Shown: positions 38,080 through 48,269, numbered from the stretch's first letter. The stretch: 64,000 nucleotides of DNA from Myxococcales bacterium (GCA_045863395.1 BTVJ01000010.1:1-64000); one strand, 5' to 3'. The notes: generated from the letters alone by a model not told the origin. A program made the numbers and translations.

Positions 38080-39113
38080 GGGTCACCCAGCAGGTCCCGC
38101 GCGATGCTGAAGATGTCGATGTCCACCGTGCACTGGGTCCCGCAGCGCCCGCACCCGGTGCAGAAGGGCTCGCCGTGCTGCCCGGGCAGGTACTGGAACT
38201 TGCGCTTGACCCGGTGGCGCTGGCGCGCGGCGACCCCCTTGCGGAAGTCGTGGCCGTCGGCGACCGACGCGAACTCGGAGAGCATGCAGCCGTCCCAGGT
38301 GCGGCAGCGGTGCCCGCAGGTGGGCGCTGCCAGGTCCACCTCGTCGTGGGTGTCGAAGCAGTAGCAGGTGGGGCAGACCAGGTTGCAGGTGCCGCAGCCG
38401 AAGCACGCGGTGGAGTGCCGCTCCCAGACCGGAGACTGCCAGGTGCGTGAGAGCACGTCCGACAGCTCCGCAGGCGTGCCCGGGAGCTGCCGCCCGAAGG
38501 GACTCGGGCGACTCTCAAGGTACTCGCGCCGCGCGGCCCCCGGGTCATCGCACGCCGCGGCGTCCAGCGACGAGACGAGCGCCTCGCCCAGCTCCGTCTG
38601 CGCCTCCACGAGGACGGCGCCGCCCACCGGGGTCAGGAGCACGTCGGCGCCTTCCCTGTGGTCCAGCGAGCCCGTCGCCTGGCAGAAGCACCGCTCACCG
38701 CACGGGGTCCGGCAGGCGTAGGCGATGATCGCCGCCGCCTCCCGTCGCGCCAGGTAGTGGGGGTCGGGCTCCCCCTCGCGGTTCACCCGGTCCATGAGCG
38801 TGATGCCCTTGAGATCGCACGGCCGCACGCCGGCCAGGACCCGCTCGCAGTCGTCGATCACCGGCTCGGCGTGAAATCCCCCATCAGGGAGGCGGCGCCA
38901 CGTGAACAGCACCTCCCGCCCCGGCGAGAACGCCTTGCCGGGCGGCAGCACCGTGGGGCGGTAGCCCTCGAAGACGAGCGCAGCGCCCGGAGACACCGGG
39001 AGGAAGCGCAGGCCCCCATCGGGAGCCTCCTGGGGGAACAGGACGAGGCGGGTCGCGGCAAGCTCCGCGATCCACGCCAGAACGGCCGCTTCCGGTGCCA
39101 GACTGGGGCGCAT
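38076..39113 (-). CDS. hydB: Group 3b hydrogenase beta (4Fe-4S) subunit
   Basis: GVRPCD, CFC, CFGCGTCNLVCPTCYCF, CTGCGRCGTQC. Confidence 0.9.
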   Translation of the reverse strand: MRPSLAPEAAVLAWIAELAATRLVLFPQEAPDGGLRFLPVSPGAALVFEGYRPTVLPPGKAFSPGREVLFTWRRLPDGGFHAEPVIDDCERVLAGVRPCDLKGITLMDRVNREGEPDPHYLARREAAAIIAYACRTPCGERCFCQATGSLDHREGADVLLTPVGGAVLVEAQTELGEALVSSLDAAACDDPGAARREYLESRPSPFGRQLPGTPAELSDVLSRTWQSPVWERHSTACFGCGTCNLVCPTCYCFDTHDEVDLAAPTCGHRCRTWDGCMLSEFASVADGHDFRKGVAARQRHRVKRKFQYLPGQHGEPFCTGCGRCGTQCTVDIDIFSIARDLLGDP

Positions 39114-39257
39114 CCCTCGACCACCTCCCCTCCCCCGCTTCGAGTATCCACCAACGGGGGCTCCTGGCAATCCACCGCCGGCCGTCCGCGTCAGGCGACG
39201 ACCGGGGCGTAACCCTGGCTGGCCTGCGTGCGCAGGCTCCGCTATGCTCCCCGGTCC

Positions 39258-40232
39258 ATGACGCACGCCATGACACGTCCGAGGCTGGGGGAGCGCCTGC
39301 GCAGGCGCGCAGGTGGCCTGGCGCTGCGCGCGTTCTTCGAGGGGCTGGCCCGGGGGACGGCGCTCCTCCCCGCGGCCCGGAAGGCCATCGCCGGCGTGGA
39401 CGTGGTACGGGACGTCCCGTACCGGGCGAGCGGGCTCGACGCGCACCGCCTCGACGTCTGGCGCCCGCGAGAGTCACACGCGCCAAGGCCCGTCGTCCTC
39501 TACGTCCACGGCGGCGCCTTCCGCATCCTCTCGAAGGACACCCACTGGGTGATGGCGCTGGCCTTCGCCCGCCGGGGCTACGCGGTGTTCTGCATCAACT
39601 ACCGCCTGGCGCCGCGGCACCGCTACCCGGCGGCCATCGAGGACGTCTGCGCCGCGTGGCGCTGGGTCCTCGCCAACGCCGCGCGCTTCGGAGGAGATCC
39701 GCGGCGCGCCATCATCGCCGGAGAGTCGGCGGGCGGAAACCTGGCGACCTCGCTCGCCGTCGCCTCCTCCTATGCCCGCCCCGAGCCCTGGGCGCGCGCG
39801 GTGTTCGACGAGCCGCTTCGGCCCCGCGCCGTGGCGCCCCTGTGCGGGGTGCTCCAGGTGCGCGACTCCGCGCGCTTCGCCCGCCGCCGTCCGCTCCCCC
39901 TGTGGGTGACCGACCGCCTGGAGGAGGTGGAGCACGGCTACGTGGGACGCGCCCCCACTCCTGCGACACCTGACCTCGCGGACCCGCTGCTCGTGCTGGA
40001 GCAGGGCCCGCCGGACCGCGCCCTCCCGCCCTTCTTCGCGTCCGTCGGCACCAGTGACCCTCTGCTCGACGACACCCGCCGCCTGGGGGCCGCGCTGGAC
40101 CGCCTGGGCGTCAAGAACGACGTGCGGTACTACGCGGGGGAGCCGCACGCCTTCCAGGCCTTGGTGCACCGCCCTGCCGCGCGCCGCTCCTGGTCCGACC
40201 TGTTCGCCTTCGTCGACCCCCTCGTGCGCTGA
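39258..40232 (+). CDS. Alpha/beta hydrolase (HSL/Aes-family esterase)
   Basis: HGGAF, YRLAP, GESAGG, DPLLDD, HAF. Confidence 0.92.
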   Translation: MTHAMTRPRLGERLRRRAGGLALRAFFEGLARGTALLPAARKAIAGVDVVRDVPYRASGLDAHRLDVWRPRESHAPRPVVLYVHGGAFRILSKDTHWVMALAFARRGYAVFCINYRLAPRHRYPAAIEDVCAAWRWVLANAARFGGDPRRAIIAGESAGGNLATSLAVASSYARPEPWARAVFDEPLRPRAVAPLCGVLQVRDSARFARRRPLPLWVTDRLEEVEHGYVGRAPTPATPDLADPLLVLEQGPPDRALPPFFASVGTSDPLLDDTRRLGAALDRLGVKNDVRYYAGEPHAFQALVHRPAARRSWSDLFAFVDPLVR

Positions 40233-40330
40233 TCGTCCCGTGACCACGGGCCCAGGGAGGCCCCAGCGCTCCCCCCTCCCAGCGACGCGGGTGTATGCTC
40301 CGCGCCGGGACCAGAGCACAAGGAGGCCCC

Positions 40331-40872
40331 ATGCGCACCTCCCAGTGGACTCTCACCGCGGCGCTGGTCGCCGCGACCACCGTCTGCGCAGCGGACGAAG
40401 GAGCGACCATGAAGATCACGTCCCACGCCTTCGACTCCATGGGGAGCATCCCCGCGAAGTACACCTGCCAGGGCGCGGACACGTCGCCGCCCCTGGCCTT
40501 CAGCGGTCTCCCCGAGGGTACGAAGAGCCTCGCCCTCATCGTGGACGACCCGGACGCGCCGGACCCCAAGGCCCCCAAGATGACCTGGGTCCACTGGGTG
40601 CTCTACGACATGCCGCTGGCGGCGCTCGCCGAGGGGGCGGCCAAGGGGGGCCTCCCCGCCGGGACCCGGGAAGGGAAGAACGACTGGAAGCGCACGGGCT
40701 GGGGCGGCCCCTGCCCGCCCATCGGACGCCACCGCTACTTCTTCAAGCTCTACGCCCTGGACACGACCCTCGGGGACCTGCACGAGCCCACCAAGGCGGC
40801 GCTCGAGGCAGCCATGGCCGGCCAGTCCTGGCGAGGGCCGAGCTGGTCGGGACCTACGAGAAGTCGAAGTAA
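40331..40872 (+). pseudogene. ybhB: YbhB/YbcL (PEBP) family protein with a 1-nt frameshift near the C-terminus
   Basis: DDPDAP...WVHW...GPCPP...HRYFFKLYALD. The conserved ending VLARAELVGTYEK is in another frame after ...GCC GGC CA|GTC at 40824/40825. Confidence 0.75.
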
Positions 40873-41048
40873 GAGGGTGTATTAAAAATGGCCCGTCGCG
40901 AGCGCGTGGGCGCGCCCGCATGGCAAGGAGCGGGCTTCCCGACGAGGGGGCGCGTACTCGTGGTACTCGTCCCCTCGTCGGGAGGCCCGCGACGCGGCCA
41001 AGCGGGATGCGACCGCGCGCGTAGCAGGGCCATTTTGAATACACCCTC
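40873..41048. mobile_element. 176-bp non-autonomous MITE, IS5-family-like ends
   Basis: Terminal inverted repeats GAGGGTGTATTAAAAATGGCCC / GGGCCATTTTGAATACACCCTC (22 bp, 1 mismatch), TAA on both flanks, and an internal 20-bp stem at 40930-40949 / 40971-40990. Confidence 0.85.
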
Positions 41049-41283
41049 TAACGACGCCCGCGCATGCAGGCTGGACGGCAGACCGCCCTTGCGCGAGACG
41101 ACCGTCGTGCGGTATCCAATGTCCGTTCCCGGCGCAATTGAAGCCCGTCCACCGCACTGATCGCGGGTGCCCGAGCGATCGCGCCCAGCCCTCTGCCCGT
41201 GAGGGCGCCGGGGCGCTTGGAGCCGAGCCATGCACACTCCCCTCCCCCCCCGCGCACCGACCGAGCGAGCCGCCGCGAGCCAG

Positions 41284-44200
41284 ATGATCCGTGGAGCGCT
41301 GCCCCTCGCGCTCGTGCTGCTCGTGGGCCTGTGGAGCGGCGCCGCCTCGGCGCAGGTGTGCGCGCGGGTCAAGATCGAGATCGTCCAGGAGCTCACGCTG
41401 GAGCGTCAGGCCTTCGACGCGAAGCTGAAGGTGACGAACGGCGCGACGGACGTCCCGCTGACCCACCTGGGGGTCGAGGTGTCGTTTCGGGACGCGAGCG
41501 GCGGCGAGGTCGTGGCGTCGAGCGACCCGAGCTCCCTCGACGCCTCCTTCTTCGTGGCGCTCGACTCCCTGGACGGGGTGGACGCCGTCGACGGCACCGG
41601 GACCATCGCGGGCGGGGGCGTCGGGGAGGTCCACTGGCTGATCATCCCCGCGCCCGGCGCCGCCGGACCGGGTGGGACCCTGTACTTCGTCGGAGCGCGG
41701 CTCACGTACCGGCTCGGCACCGAGGAGCACACCACCGACGTGGCGCCGGACACCATCACGGTGCGGCCCATGCCCGAGCTGCACCTGGACTACTTCCTGC
41801 CGGACCAGGTCCACGGCGACAACCCGTACACGGACCCGGAGGAGCCGCCCGAGCCCTTCACCCTCGGGCTCCGGGCGTCCAACCAGGGCTTCGGGGTGGC
41901 AGAGAAGCTGGCCATCGAGTCGGCCCAGCCGAAGATCGTGGAGAACGAGCAGGGCCTGCTCATCGCCTTCGAGATCATCGGGAGCGAGGTGGACGGGGCT
42001 CCGGCCACCACGAGCCTGAAGGTGGACCTCGGGGACGTGCAGCCGGGCGAGGCGTCCGTGGCGCGCTGGTTCATGACCTCCACGCTCCAGGGGAAGTTCG
42101 TCTCCTTCGAGGCCAGCTTCACCCACGCCGACGCCCTCGGCGGCAAGCTGACCTCGCTCCTGGAGGAGGTGCGGACCCACCTGCTGGTCCACGACCTGCG
42201 GGTGGACCTGCCCGGCCGCGACGCACACGTCGACTTCCTTGCCTACGACGCCGTGGGCAACCTGACCCTGTATGAGTCGGATCTCGTCGACAGTGCGGTG
42301 TGGGACGCTTCGGACGAAGCAGAGCTCCTTGCTGCCGGACCTGACGCCTGGAACCTTGCCGTCCCGCCCACCGGCGGGTTCTCCTGGGCCCGGGTCGACG
42401 ACCCCAACGCGGGGACCCGGGTCATCGCGTCGGTGGTGCGAGCGGATGGCCGTGTGCTGGCGCCCGACGCCGCCTGGCTCTCGCGCGTATGGGTGAAGGA
42501 CTCCCAGTCGTACCTCTTCTACGTCAACGTCTTCGACACGGGGAACCCCCTCGGGCTGCCCTACGTGGTGACCTTTGGCGGGATGGCGCTCGCCAACTAC
42601 CCGCCAGTGCTCGGCTTCCTGCCGGACCGGGCCGTGGCGGCCGGCGACGCCCTGGCCTACGGGGTCGCGGCCACGGACCCGGACGGGACCGTACCCACCG
42701 TGCAGGTGGGCCACGCGCTGCCGGCTGGCGCGACCTTCGCCGCGCTCGGGGGCGGGGAGGGGCGCCTCGACTGGACCCCCACCGCGGCGCAGGTGGGGAG
42801 CTACCCCATCCTCTTCGAGGCCACCGACGGCAAGCTCTTCGACAAGGCGGTGGCGACCATCCACGTGGTGCCCGCCGGGACGCCCAACAGCCCACCGAGC
42901 GCGGTGGAAGCTGCCATCCAGACCACGGTGGGCACGCCGAGCCCCCCCGTCACGCCGACGGTGGTGGACCTCGACCCCGACGACCAGCACTTCTTCCAGA
43001 TCACCGCGGCGCCCGCCCATGGGGCGGCGGTGGTGGTGCAGAACCAGCTCGTCTACACGCCGTCGCCAGGCTACAAGGGCCCGGACTCCTTCGGGATTCG
43101 CGCGGTGGACCTGTTCGGGGAGGCCGTGGACGGCCTGGCGCAGGTGCTGGTGACCGGCTACGACAACCTGGCGGTGGAGAGCCTGGAGTGGGGCCCCGAG
43201 GGCGTGACGGTCGGAGTGCGCCTCGACGGCACCGAGGCGCCGGTCACGCCCGTGGTGCTGGAGGTGCGCGCCGCGGGGTGCGGCATCGACGCGGTGGTGG
43301 GGTCGGTGGAGCTGCTGCCCCAGCCAGGGCTGGAGTCGGTGGTGGTCGCGGTGGAGCTGCCCACGGACCGGGCGCTGGTCCTGGTGGCGGTGCTGGACGC
43401 CACCGACGCGCTGCCGGAGCCCGACGAGCTGGACAACCGGGCGAGCATCCCGGTCGCGACGGGCGCGGCCTCCACTGCGACGCTCTCCATCGGGTCGAGC
43501 GGCTCCGAGCAACGCAAGTCGTGCGCGGGTCAGGCGCTGGCCATGAACGGTCGCGCGACCTGGAGCATCGCCGAGGCGAGCCCCTGCGGGGGAGTGCCCG
43601 CGGCCGGGCAGCCGATGGTGTGGGCGCTGCGGGATCTGGACGGCGCCCCGGTGCGCCAGGGGAGCGGGCAGACGGACGCCTTCGGCGCGTGGCACCTGGA
43701 GACGGGCCTGCCGGCAGAGTCCATGGCGCTCTATGACCTGGACGTGACGGTGGGCACCCAGGGGGGCACGTGGAGCACGCGGCTGCTGGCAGTGCCCTGC
43801 CCTGCCGCGGTGCCCCCGCCGATGGTGCCCGCGCCGCCCTATCCCGGGCCGAGCGGGGCTGCCGTGGTCGTGTTCAGCGACGGCACGGCGGTCATCCCGT
43901 GGCTGGTACACCCGGGGACGCCCATCCCCACCGCCGGGCACGGAGGCAGCGGCGCGAGGGGGGCCACCTGGGGCACGGGGGCCTCGGACCAGACGGCGCC
44001 GGGCGGCCCGATCCTCGGAGCCCGCGGCGGCGTGGTGGGTGCCTTCGACGCGGCGGCCGGCGCCCTCACGGCCTCGGCAGCCAAGGCGGGCGAGCCGGTC
44101 ACCCTGCGCGGCACGGTCACGGCCAACGACTCCTACTGGGGGCTGCCCGTGGGCTGGACGGCGGAGGGTCCGGCGGGGACGCTGCCCATCGCCCCCACCA

Positions 44201-47200
44201 CCTGGTTCTACGCCAACGGGACGTTGCACGTGGCTGCCACCTGGACGCCACCGGCCGGGGGGGCGTGGACCATCACGCTGCGCGTCGGGCCGGCCCTCGG
44301 GGACACCGACCCGACCAACGACACGGCCAGCCTCGTCGTGGACGTGGCACCCCAGGTGCCCTCTCTCGACGGCCTCGCGCTCTGGCTCGACGGCACGTCG
44401 GGGGTGAGCACCGACGCGGAGGGGCGGGTCGCGGGCTGGGCAGACCGCTCGGGGCGCGCCATGGACGCTGCGCAGCCCGACGCGGCGGCGCGACCGGACG
44501 CATTGGCGGGTGGCGTGCGCTTCCACGGCGCGAGCTCGCTGGTGCTGCCCGACGGCTTCGCCGCGCTCGGCGACGGGCTGACCGTGATCGCGGTCGTCGC
44601 CCCCGACCAGGCGAGCCCCATGGGGGTCCTCGATCTGGGGCCGGGGCCGATGGCGCCCAGGATCGGGCTGGGGCTCGACGCGGACGCCCGGGTGCGCTGG
44701 CAGGCCGGCGCTCGGGTGGTGGCGGGCGGCGTCGAGGCCGAGCTGGCGGCGCCCCAGGTGGTCACCGTGGTCCACGGGGGGACCCTGGCGCGGGCACTCG
44801 TCGGGGGCGTCGAGGTCCTGGCCGAGGCGGCGCGCGTGCCAAAGGGCGGCGAGCACGCGGGGAACCGCGTCGGGGCGTCCGGGGACCCCGCCCTCGCCTC
44901 CTTCCGTGGGGAGCTGCGCGCCCTGCTCGTCTACGAGCGCCCCCTCCCCGACGGCGAGCGCGCGGCGCTCGAAGCCTGGCTGGCGGACCGTCACGGAGCG
45001 TGGCACCCCGGCGCGGCCTGGGTGGAGGCGCTGCCGGAGCCTGCGCAGGCGTTGGCGGCGACCCACCACTGGAGCCAGGCCGAGGCGGAGGCGTGGGTCG
45101 CCTGGGACGCGGACAACCCCGGCGAGGCGATCCCTGGAGACGGGCTCGCGCTGTGGCTTCGGGCAGACTCGGCGGAGCGGACCGGAGGCGAGGTCATCGG
45201 CTGGCCCGACCGCTCCGCGTCGCCATCGCCCACCCCCGCCACGCCGGTCAGCGCCTCGGCGCGGCCGACCTGGGTGCCCGGCGCGCTCGGCGGTCAGCCC
45301 GCGGTGCGCTTCGACGGGGTGGACGACGCGCTCCTCCTGGCGCCGGGTCTCGCGGACCTGCGCCGGAGCGGCGTGACGGTGGCGGCGGTCGTGCGGTCGA
45401 CCGCACCCCGGCGGAACGCCCCGGTGCTGGCGCTGCGCACGGCGACGGGGGCGGGCCCTGTAGACCTGCGGCGCCGCGGCCACGGCCCCGACGCGGTGCT
45501 CTCCACGGGCGGCGCCCTGGCCGGCGACGTGGGCTTCGAGTCCACCGCCCCGCGCCTCCTCATGGCGGTGATCGGAGCCGACGCCACCCTCACGGGCCCC
45601 CTCGGGGCGGTGAGCGGCTCCCTGCCTCGTCCTGCGGGCGTCCCACGAGACGCCTCTCGCATCGGGCGCGACGCCTGGGGCGAGGCCTTCGCCGGCGACC
45701 TGGCCGAGCTGCTGGTGTGGGACCGCTCCCTGTCGACGGACGAGCAGGACGCCGTCGCCTTGGCCCTGGCCGACCGCTATGGCCTGTGGCACCCCCAGGC
45801 CGCGTGGGTGGCAGCCCTGCCCGCGGGGCTAGCGACGCAGGCCGAGGCGCACCGCTGGACCCAGGAGGAGGCCGCGGCCCAGGCGACCTTCGCCAGCGCG
45901 TGGCCGGGCGTCCCCGGCGCCGGGCTCTCCGTCTGGCTGCGCGCGGATCTGGGGCTCACCGCCACGGGGGGCGCCGTCTCCGCGTGGGACGACCAGTCGC
46001 CGGCGGGTGGAGACGCGACCCAGGCTGCGGCAGAGTCGCGCCCGGAGCTCCTGGAGCGGGGCGTGCGCTTCGACGGGGTCGACGACTCCCTGGCGCTGCC
46101 CGCGGGCTTCGGCCGCTTCGAGGGCGCCACGGTCATCGGCGTACTCCGTCCGGGTAGCTCGCCGCCGGGGGCGCACGTGTTCGAGGCGCGCACCACGGGG
46201 GGTGACTCCGTTGCCTTGTCGGCGACCCCGACGCTGCGCTGGCGCGTCGGCGGCCTGGAGGTGAGCGGCGCCGCCATCCCCGGAGCCGTCCAGGTGGTCT
46301 CCGTGACCCATGGCGCGGACGGCGCCGTCCAGGTGCGCCGCGGAGGCGCCCCCGCGGGCTCCGGGACCCTGCCCCTGCCGGCCACCACCCTGCGGGACGT
46401 GGCCTCCATCGGAGGCACGGGCGCCACCTACGCCGGGGACCTCCACGAGCTGCTGGTCTGGCGGCGGGCGCTGCCACCAGCGGAGGTCGTCGCGGTGGAG
46501 GCCGCCGTCGCGGACGCCTGGGGCGCCTGGCATCCGCAGGCAGCCTGGGTCGGCACCCTGGCCGACGTCGGCGCCACTCTAGAGGACACGGCGCTGGTCG
46601 CCGCCCACGGCTGGTCCAAGGCCCACGCGCTCTCGTGGCTCGCCTGGAAGGAGGTGTGGTCCGCGGACGGGCCGCCCGGCGTGGGGCTCGGCCTCTGGCT
46701 GCGGGCGGACACCGGCGTCGTACAGGCAGGCGGGGCGCTGACCGCATGGACCAACCTGGCGCCCGTGGAGCCCGGACCTCCGGCCCTGCCGACCACCCCG
46801 GCCGCCGCCCCGACGGTGCAGGGTGGCGTCCACTTCGACGGCGTGGACGACGGCCTGGCGCTGCCGCCAGGGCTGGCGCTCCTCGACGGCGGCTTCACCG
46901 TCGTGCTGGTCGCGCGCCCGCAGGGGATCCGGCGGTGGGAGCGGCTCGTGGACCTCCAAGGACCATCTGGAGGCGACCAAGTGTGCCTGCTCCGTAAGGC
47001 CGACTCGGCGGCGCTCCAGGTGCGGGTCGGCGCGGCGACCCTGAGCGGCGCGCAGGCCCTGGGGCCGGAGGCGCGCATCCTGTCCGTGGTCGTCGGCCCC
47101 GGCGGCGCGACCATCCGGAGCCAGGGCGTGGTCCGCGGCTCCGGCGCCCTCCCTCTGCCCACGCGGGCGCTGCGGGACCGGAGCCGCCTCGGCCAAGGCG

Positions 47201-47421
47201 CCGACGGGACCGCGGCCTATGGCGGCGACCTCGTGGAGGTCGCGGTGTGGGAGCGCCCCCTGAGCGGGGCCGAGCTCGCAGCGATGGAGATCGCCCTGGC
47301 CGACGCCCACGGGCTCTACCACCCCGACGCGGCCTGGATCGCCGCCCTGCCGCCAGAGCACGCCGCCATCGTCCACGCCAACCGGTGGAACCAGGACCAG
47401 GCGGAGGCGGCGCTGCCATGA
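41284..47421 (+). CDS. Large secreted protein: conserved N-terminal QELTLERQAFDA domain, Ig/cadherin/CARDB-like domains, 4 LamG-like repeats
   Basis: Signal peptide MIRGALPLALVLLVGLWSGAASA|Q, NYPPVL...DPDG Ig repeats, four GLxLWL(R/D)AD...F(D/H)G(VDD)...ELLVW units. Confidence 0.85.
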   Translation: MIRGALPLALVLLVGLWSGAASAQVCARVKIEIVQELTLERQAFDAKLKVTNGATDVPLTHLGVEVSFRDASGGEVVASSDPSSLDASFFVALDSLDGVDAVDGTGTIAGGGVGEVHWLIIPAPGAAGPGGTLYFVGARLTYRLGTEEHTTDVAPDTITVRPMPELHLDYFLPDQVHGDNPYTDPEEPPEPFTLGLRASNQGFGVAEKLAIESAQPKIVENEQGLLIAFEIIGSEVDGAPATTSLKVDLGDVQPGEASVARWFMTSTLQGKFVSFEASFTHADALGGKLTSLLEEVRTHLLVHDLRVDLPGRDAHVDFLAYDAVGNLTLYESDLVDSAVWDASDEAELLAAGPDAWNLAVPPTGGFSWARVDDPNAGTRVIASVVRADGRVLAPDAAWLSRVWVKDSQSYLFYVNVFDTGNPLGLPYVVTFGGMALANYPPVLGFLPDRAVAAGDALAYGVAATDPDGTVPTVQVGHALPAGATFAALGGGEGRLDWTPTAAQVGSYPILFEATDGKLFDKAVATIHVVPAGTPNSPPSAVEAAIQTTVGTPSPPVTPTVVDLDPDDQHFFQITAAPAHGAAVVVQNQLVYTPSPGYKGPDSFGIRAVDLFGEAVDGLAQVLVTGYDNLAVESLEWGPEGVTVGVRLDGTEAPVTPVVLEVRAAGCGIDAVVGSVELLPQPGLESVVVAVELPTDRALVLVAVLDATDALPEPDELDNRASIPVATGAASTATLSIGSSGSEQRKSCAGQALAMNGRATWSIAEASPCGGVPAAGQPMVWALRDLDGAPVRQGSGQTDAFGAWHLETGLPAESMALYDLDVTVGTQGGTWSTRLLAVPCPAAVPPPMVPAPPYPGPSGAAVVVFSDGTAVIPWLVHPGTPIPTAGHGGSGARGATWGTGASDQTAPGGPILGARGGVVGAFDAAAGALTASAAKAGEPVTLRGTVTANDSYWGLPVGWTAEGPAGTLPIAPTTWFYANGTLHVAATWTPPAGGAWTITLRVGPALGDTDPTNDTASLVVDVAPQVPSLDGLALWLDGTSGVSTDAEGRVAGWADRSGRAMDAAQPDAAARPDALAGGVRFHGASSLVLPDGFAALGDGLTVIAVVAPDQASPMGVLDLGPGPMAPRIGLGLDADARVRWQAGARVVAGGVEAELAAPQVVTVVHGGTLARALVGGVEVLAEAARVPKGGEHAGNRVGASGDPALASFRGELRALLVYERPLPDGERAALEAWLADRHGAWHPGAAWVEALPEPAQALAATHHWSQAEAEAWVAWDADNPGEAIPGDGLALWLRADSAERTGGEVIGWPDRSASPSPTPATPVSASARPTWVPGALGGQPAVRFDGVDDALLLAPGLADLRRSGVTVAAVVRSTAPRRNAPVLALRTATGAGPVDLRRRGHGPDAVLSTGGALAGDVGFESTAPRLLMAVIGADATLTGPLGAVSGSLPRPAGVPRDASRIGRDAWGEAFAGDLAELLVWDRSLSTDEQDAVALALADRYGLWHPQAAWVAALPAGLATQAEAHRWTQEEAAAQATFASAWPGVPGAGLSVWLRADLGLTATGGAVSAWDDQSPAGGDATQAAAESRPELLERGVRFDGVDDSLALPAGFGRFEGATVIGVLRPGSSPPGAHVFEARTTGGDSVALSATPTLRWRVGGLEVSGAAIPGAVQVVSVTHGADGAVQVRRGGAPAGSGTLPLPATTLRDVASIGGTGATYAGDLHELLVWRRALPPAEVVAVEAAVADAWGAWHPQAAWVGTLADVGATLEDTALVAAHGWSKAHALSWLAWKEVWSADGPPGVGLGLWLRADTGVVQAGGALTAWTNLAPVEPGPPALPTTPAAAPTVQGGVHFDGVDDGLALPPGLALLDGGFTVVLVARPQGIRRWERLVDLQGPSGGDQVCLLRKADSAALQVRVGAATLSGAQALGPEARILSVVVGPGGATIRSQGVVRGSGALPLPTRALRDRSRLGQGADGTAAYGGDLVEVAVWERPLSGAELAAMEIALADAHGLYHPDAAWIAALPPEHAAIVHANRWNQDQAEAALP

Positions 47422-48269
47422 AGGCGACGATCGCGCTGCTCCTGCTCACCGCGACCGCCTCGGCGGAGCCCCACGTGCTGCTGGATCGAGGCGCCGGCGA
47501 GCGCACCTTCCGGCTGCGCTTCGAGGCGCAGAACCCGGGGGCCGAGCCCCTCGCCGCCTCCTTCGTGGCGCTGGTCCCGTCCCGCGGGTGCGGATCCCTG
47601 GTGCGCCTCGTGAGCTCACACCCCGGCGAGCTGGACGAGGTGGGCGGCAGCGTGGCGGCCACGGTGCACGTCGGGGAGCTGCCGCCCTACGGCGCCGCGG
47701 TGGTCACTCTCGCCGCCACGCTGGGGGATGCCCCCCTGGGAGCACCGCCTGCCGGGGTCGCGGGGGACGACGGCGACCCGATCATCGACGCCGCCCTGGC
47801 CGACCGGACCATCCAGGAGCTCGCGGAGAAGGCCCGCCGCGCCACTGCGCGGGCCACCGCGGACGCGGCCTTCGACCTGGTGGTGGCGCGCATCACCCCC
47901 GCGGCGTTCGACCCCCTCCCGCCGGACCCCGTCGGGGCGCTGCGGAGCGGGCGCGGCGACTGCTCGGACATGGCGGCCGCCCTGGTGGCCGTCTGCCGCG
48001 CGGCGGGCGTGCCGGCCAGGTACGTGGGCGGCTGGCGAGTCTCGGGCAGCGCGGTCCTCGACCCCGCCCGCTACCACAACTGGGCGGAGGTCGGTGAGGG
48101 GTGGACCCCCATGGACCCCCACGGGAGCGAGCGGGCGCCCCAGCCCGAGACCTGCCTCGTCGCCGCCGTCGGTGCCGCCCCCACGGTGACGGGCGGGAGC
48201 CCCAGGTTCCGCCCGCTGTCCCCCGGCCTCGTGGTGAAGGCCATGGCCCCCAAGGAGGGAACGAGATGA
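47418..48269 (+). CDS. Secreted transglutaminase-like (Cys-His-Asp) protein
   Basis: Signal peptide, GDCSDMAA...CRAAGVPARYVGG, YHNWAEV, WTPMDP. ATGA overlaps on both sides. Confidence 0.88.
   Translation: MKATIALLLLTATASAEPHVLLDRGAGERTFRLRFEAQNPGAEPLAASFVALVPSRGCGSLVRLVSSHPGELDEVGGSVAATVHVGELPPYGAAVVTLAATLGDAPLGAPPAGVAGDDGDPIIDAALADRTIQELAEKARRATARATADAAFDLVVARITPAAFDPLPPDPVGALRSGRGDCSDMAAALVAVCRAAGVPARYVGGWRVSGSAVLDPARYHNWAEVGEGWTPMDPHGSERAPQPETCLVAAVGAAPTVTGGSPRFRPLSPGLVVKAMAPKEGTR

Noticed and set aside
41089..41118. TTGCGC-N18-TATCCA possible sigma70 promoter, and TATGCT boxes near 18856, 39243 and 40294
   Set aside because: Plausible, but too degenerate to support without TSS data.
40882..45792. 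1636-aa minus-strand ORF running into the MITE, considered as a possible transposase
   Set aside because: It is antisense to the secreted protein and has no DDE motif. The MITE is non-coding.
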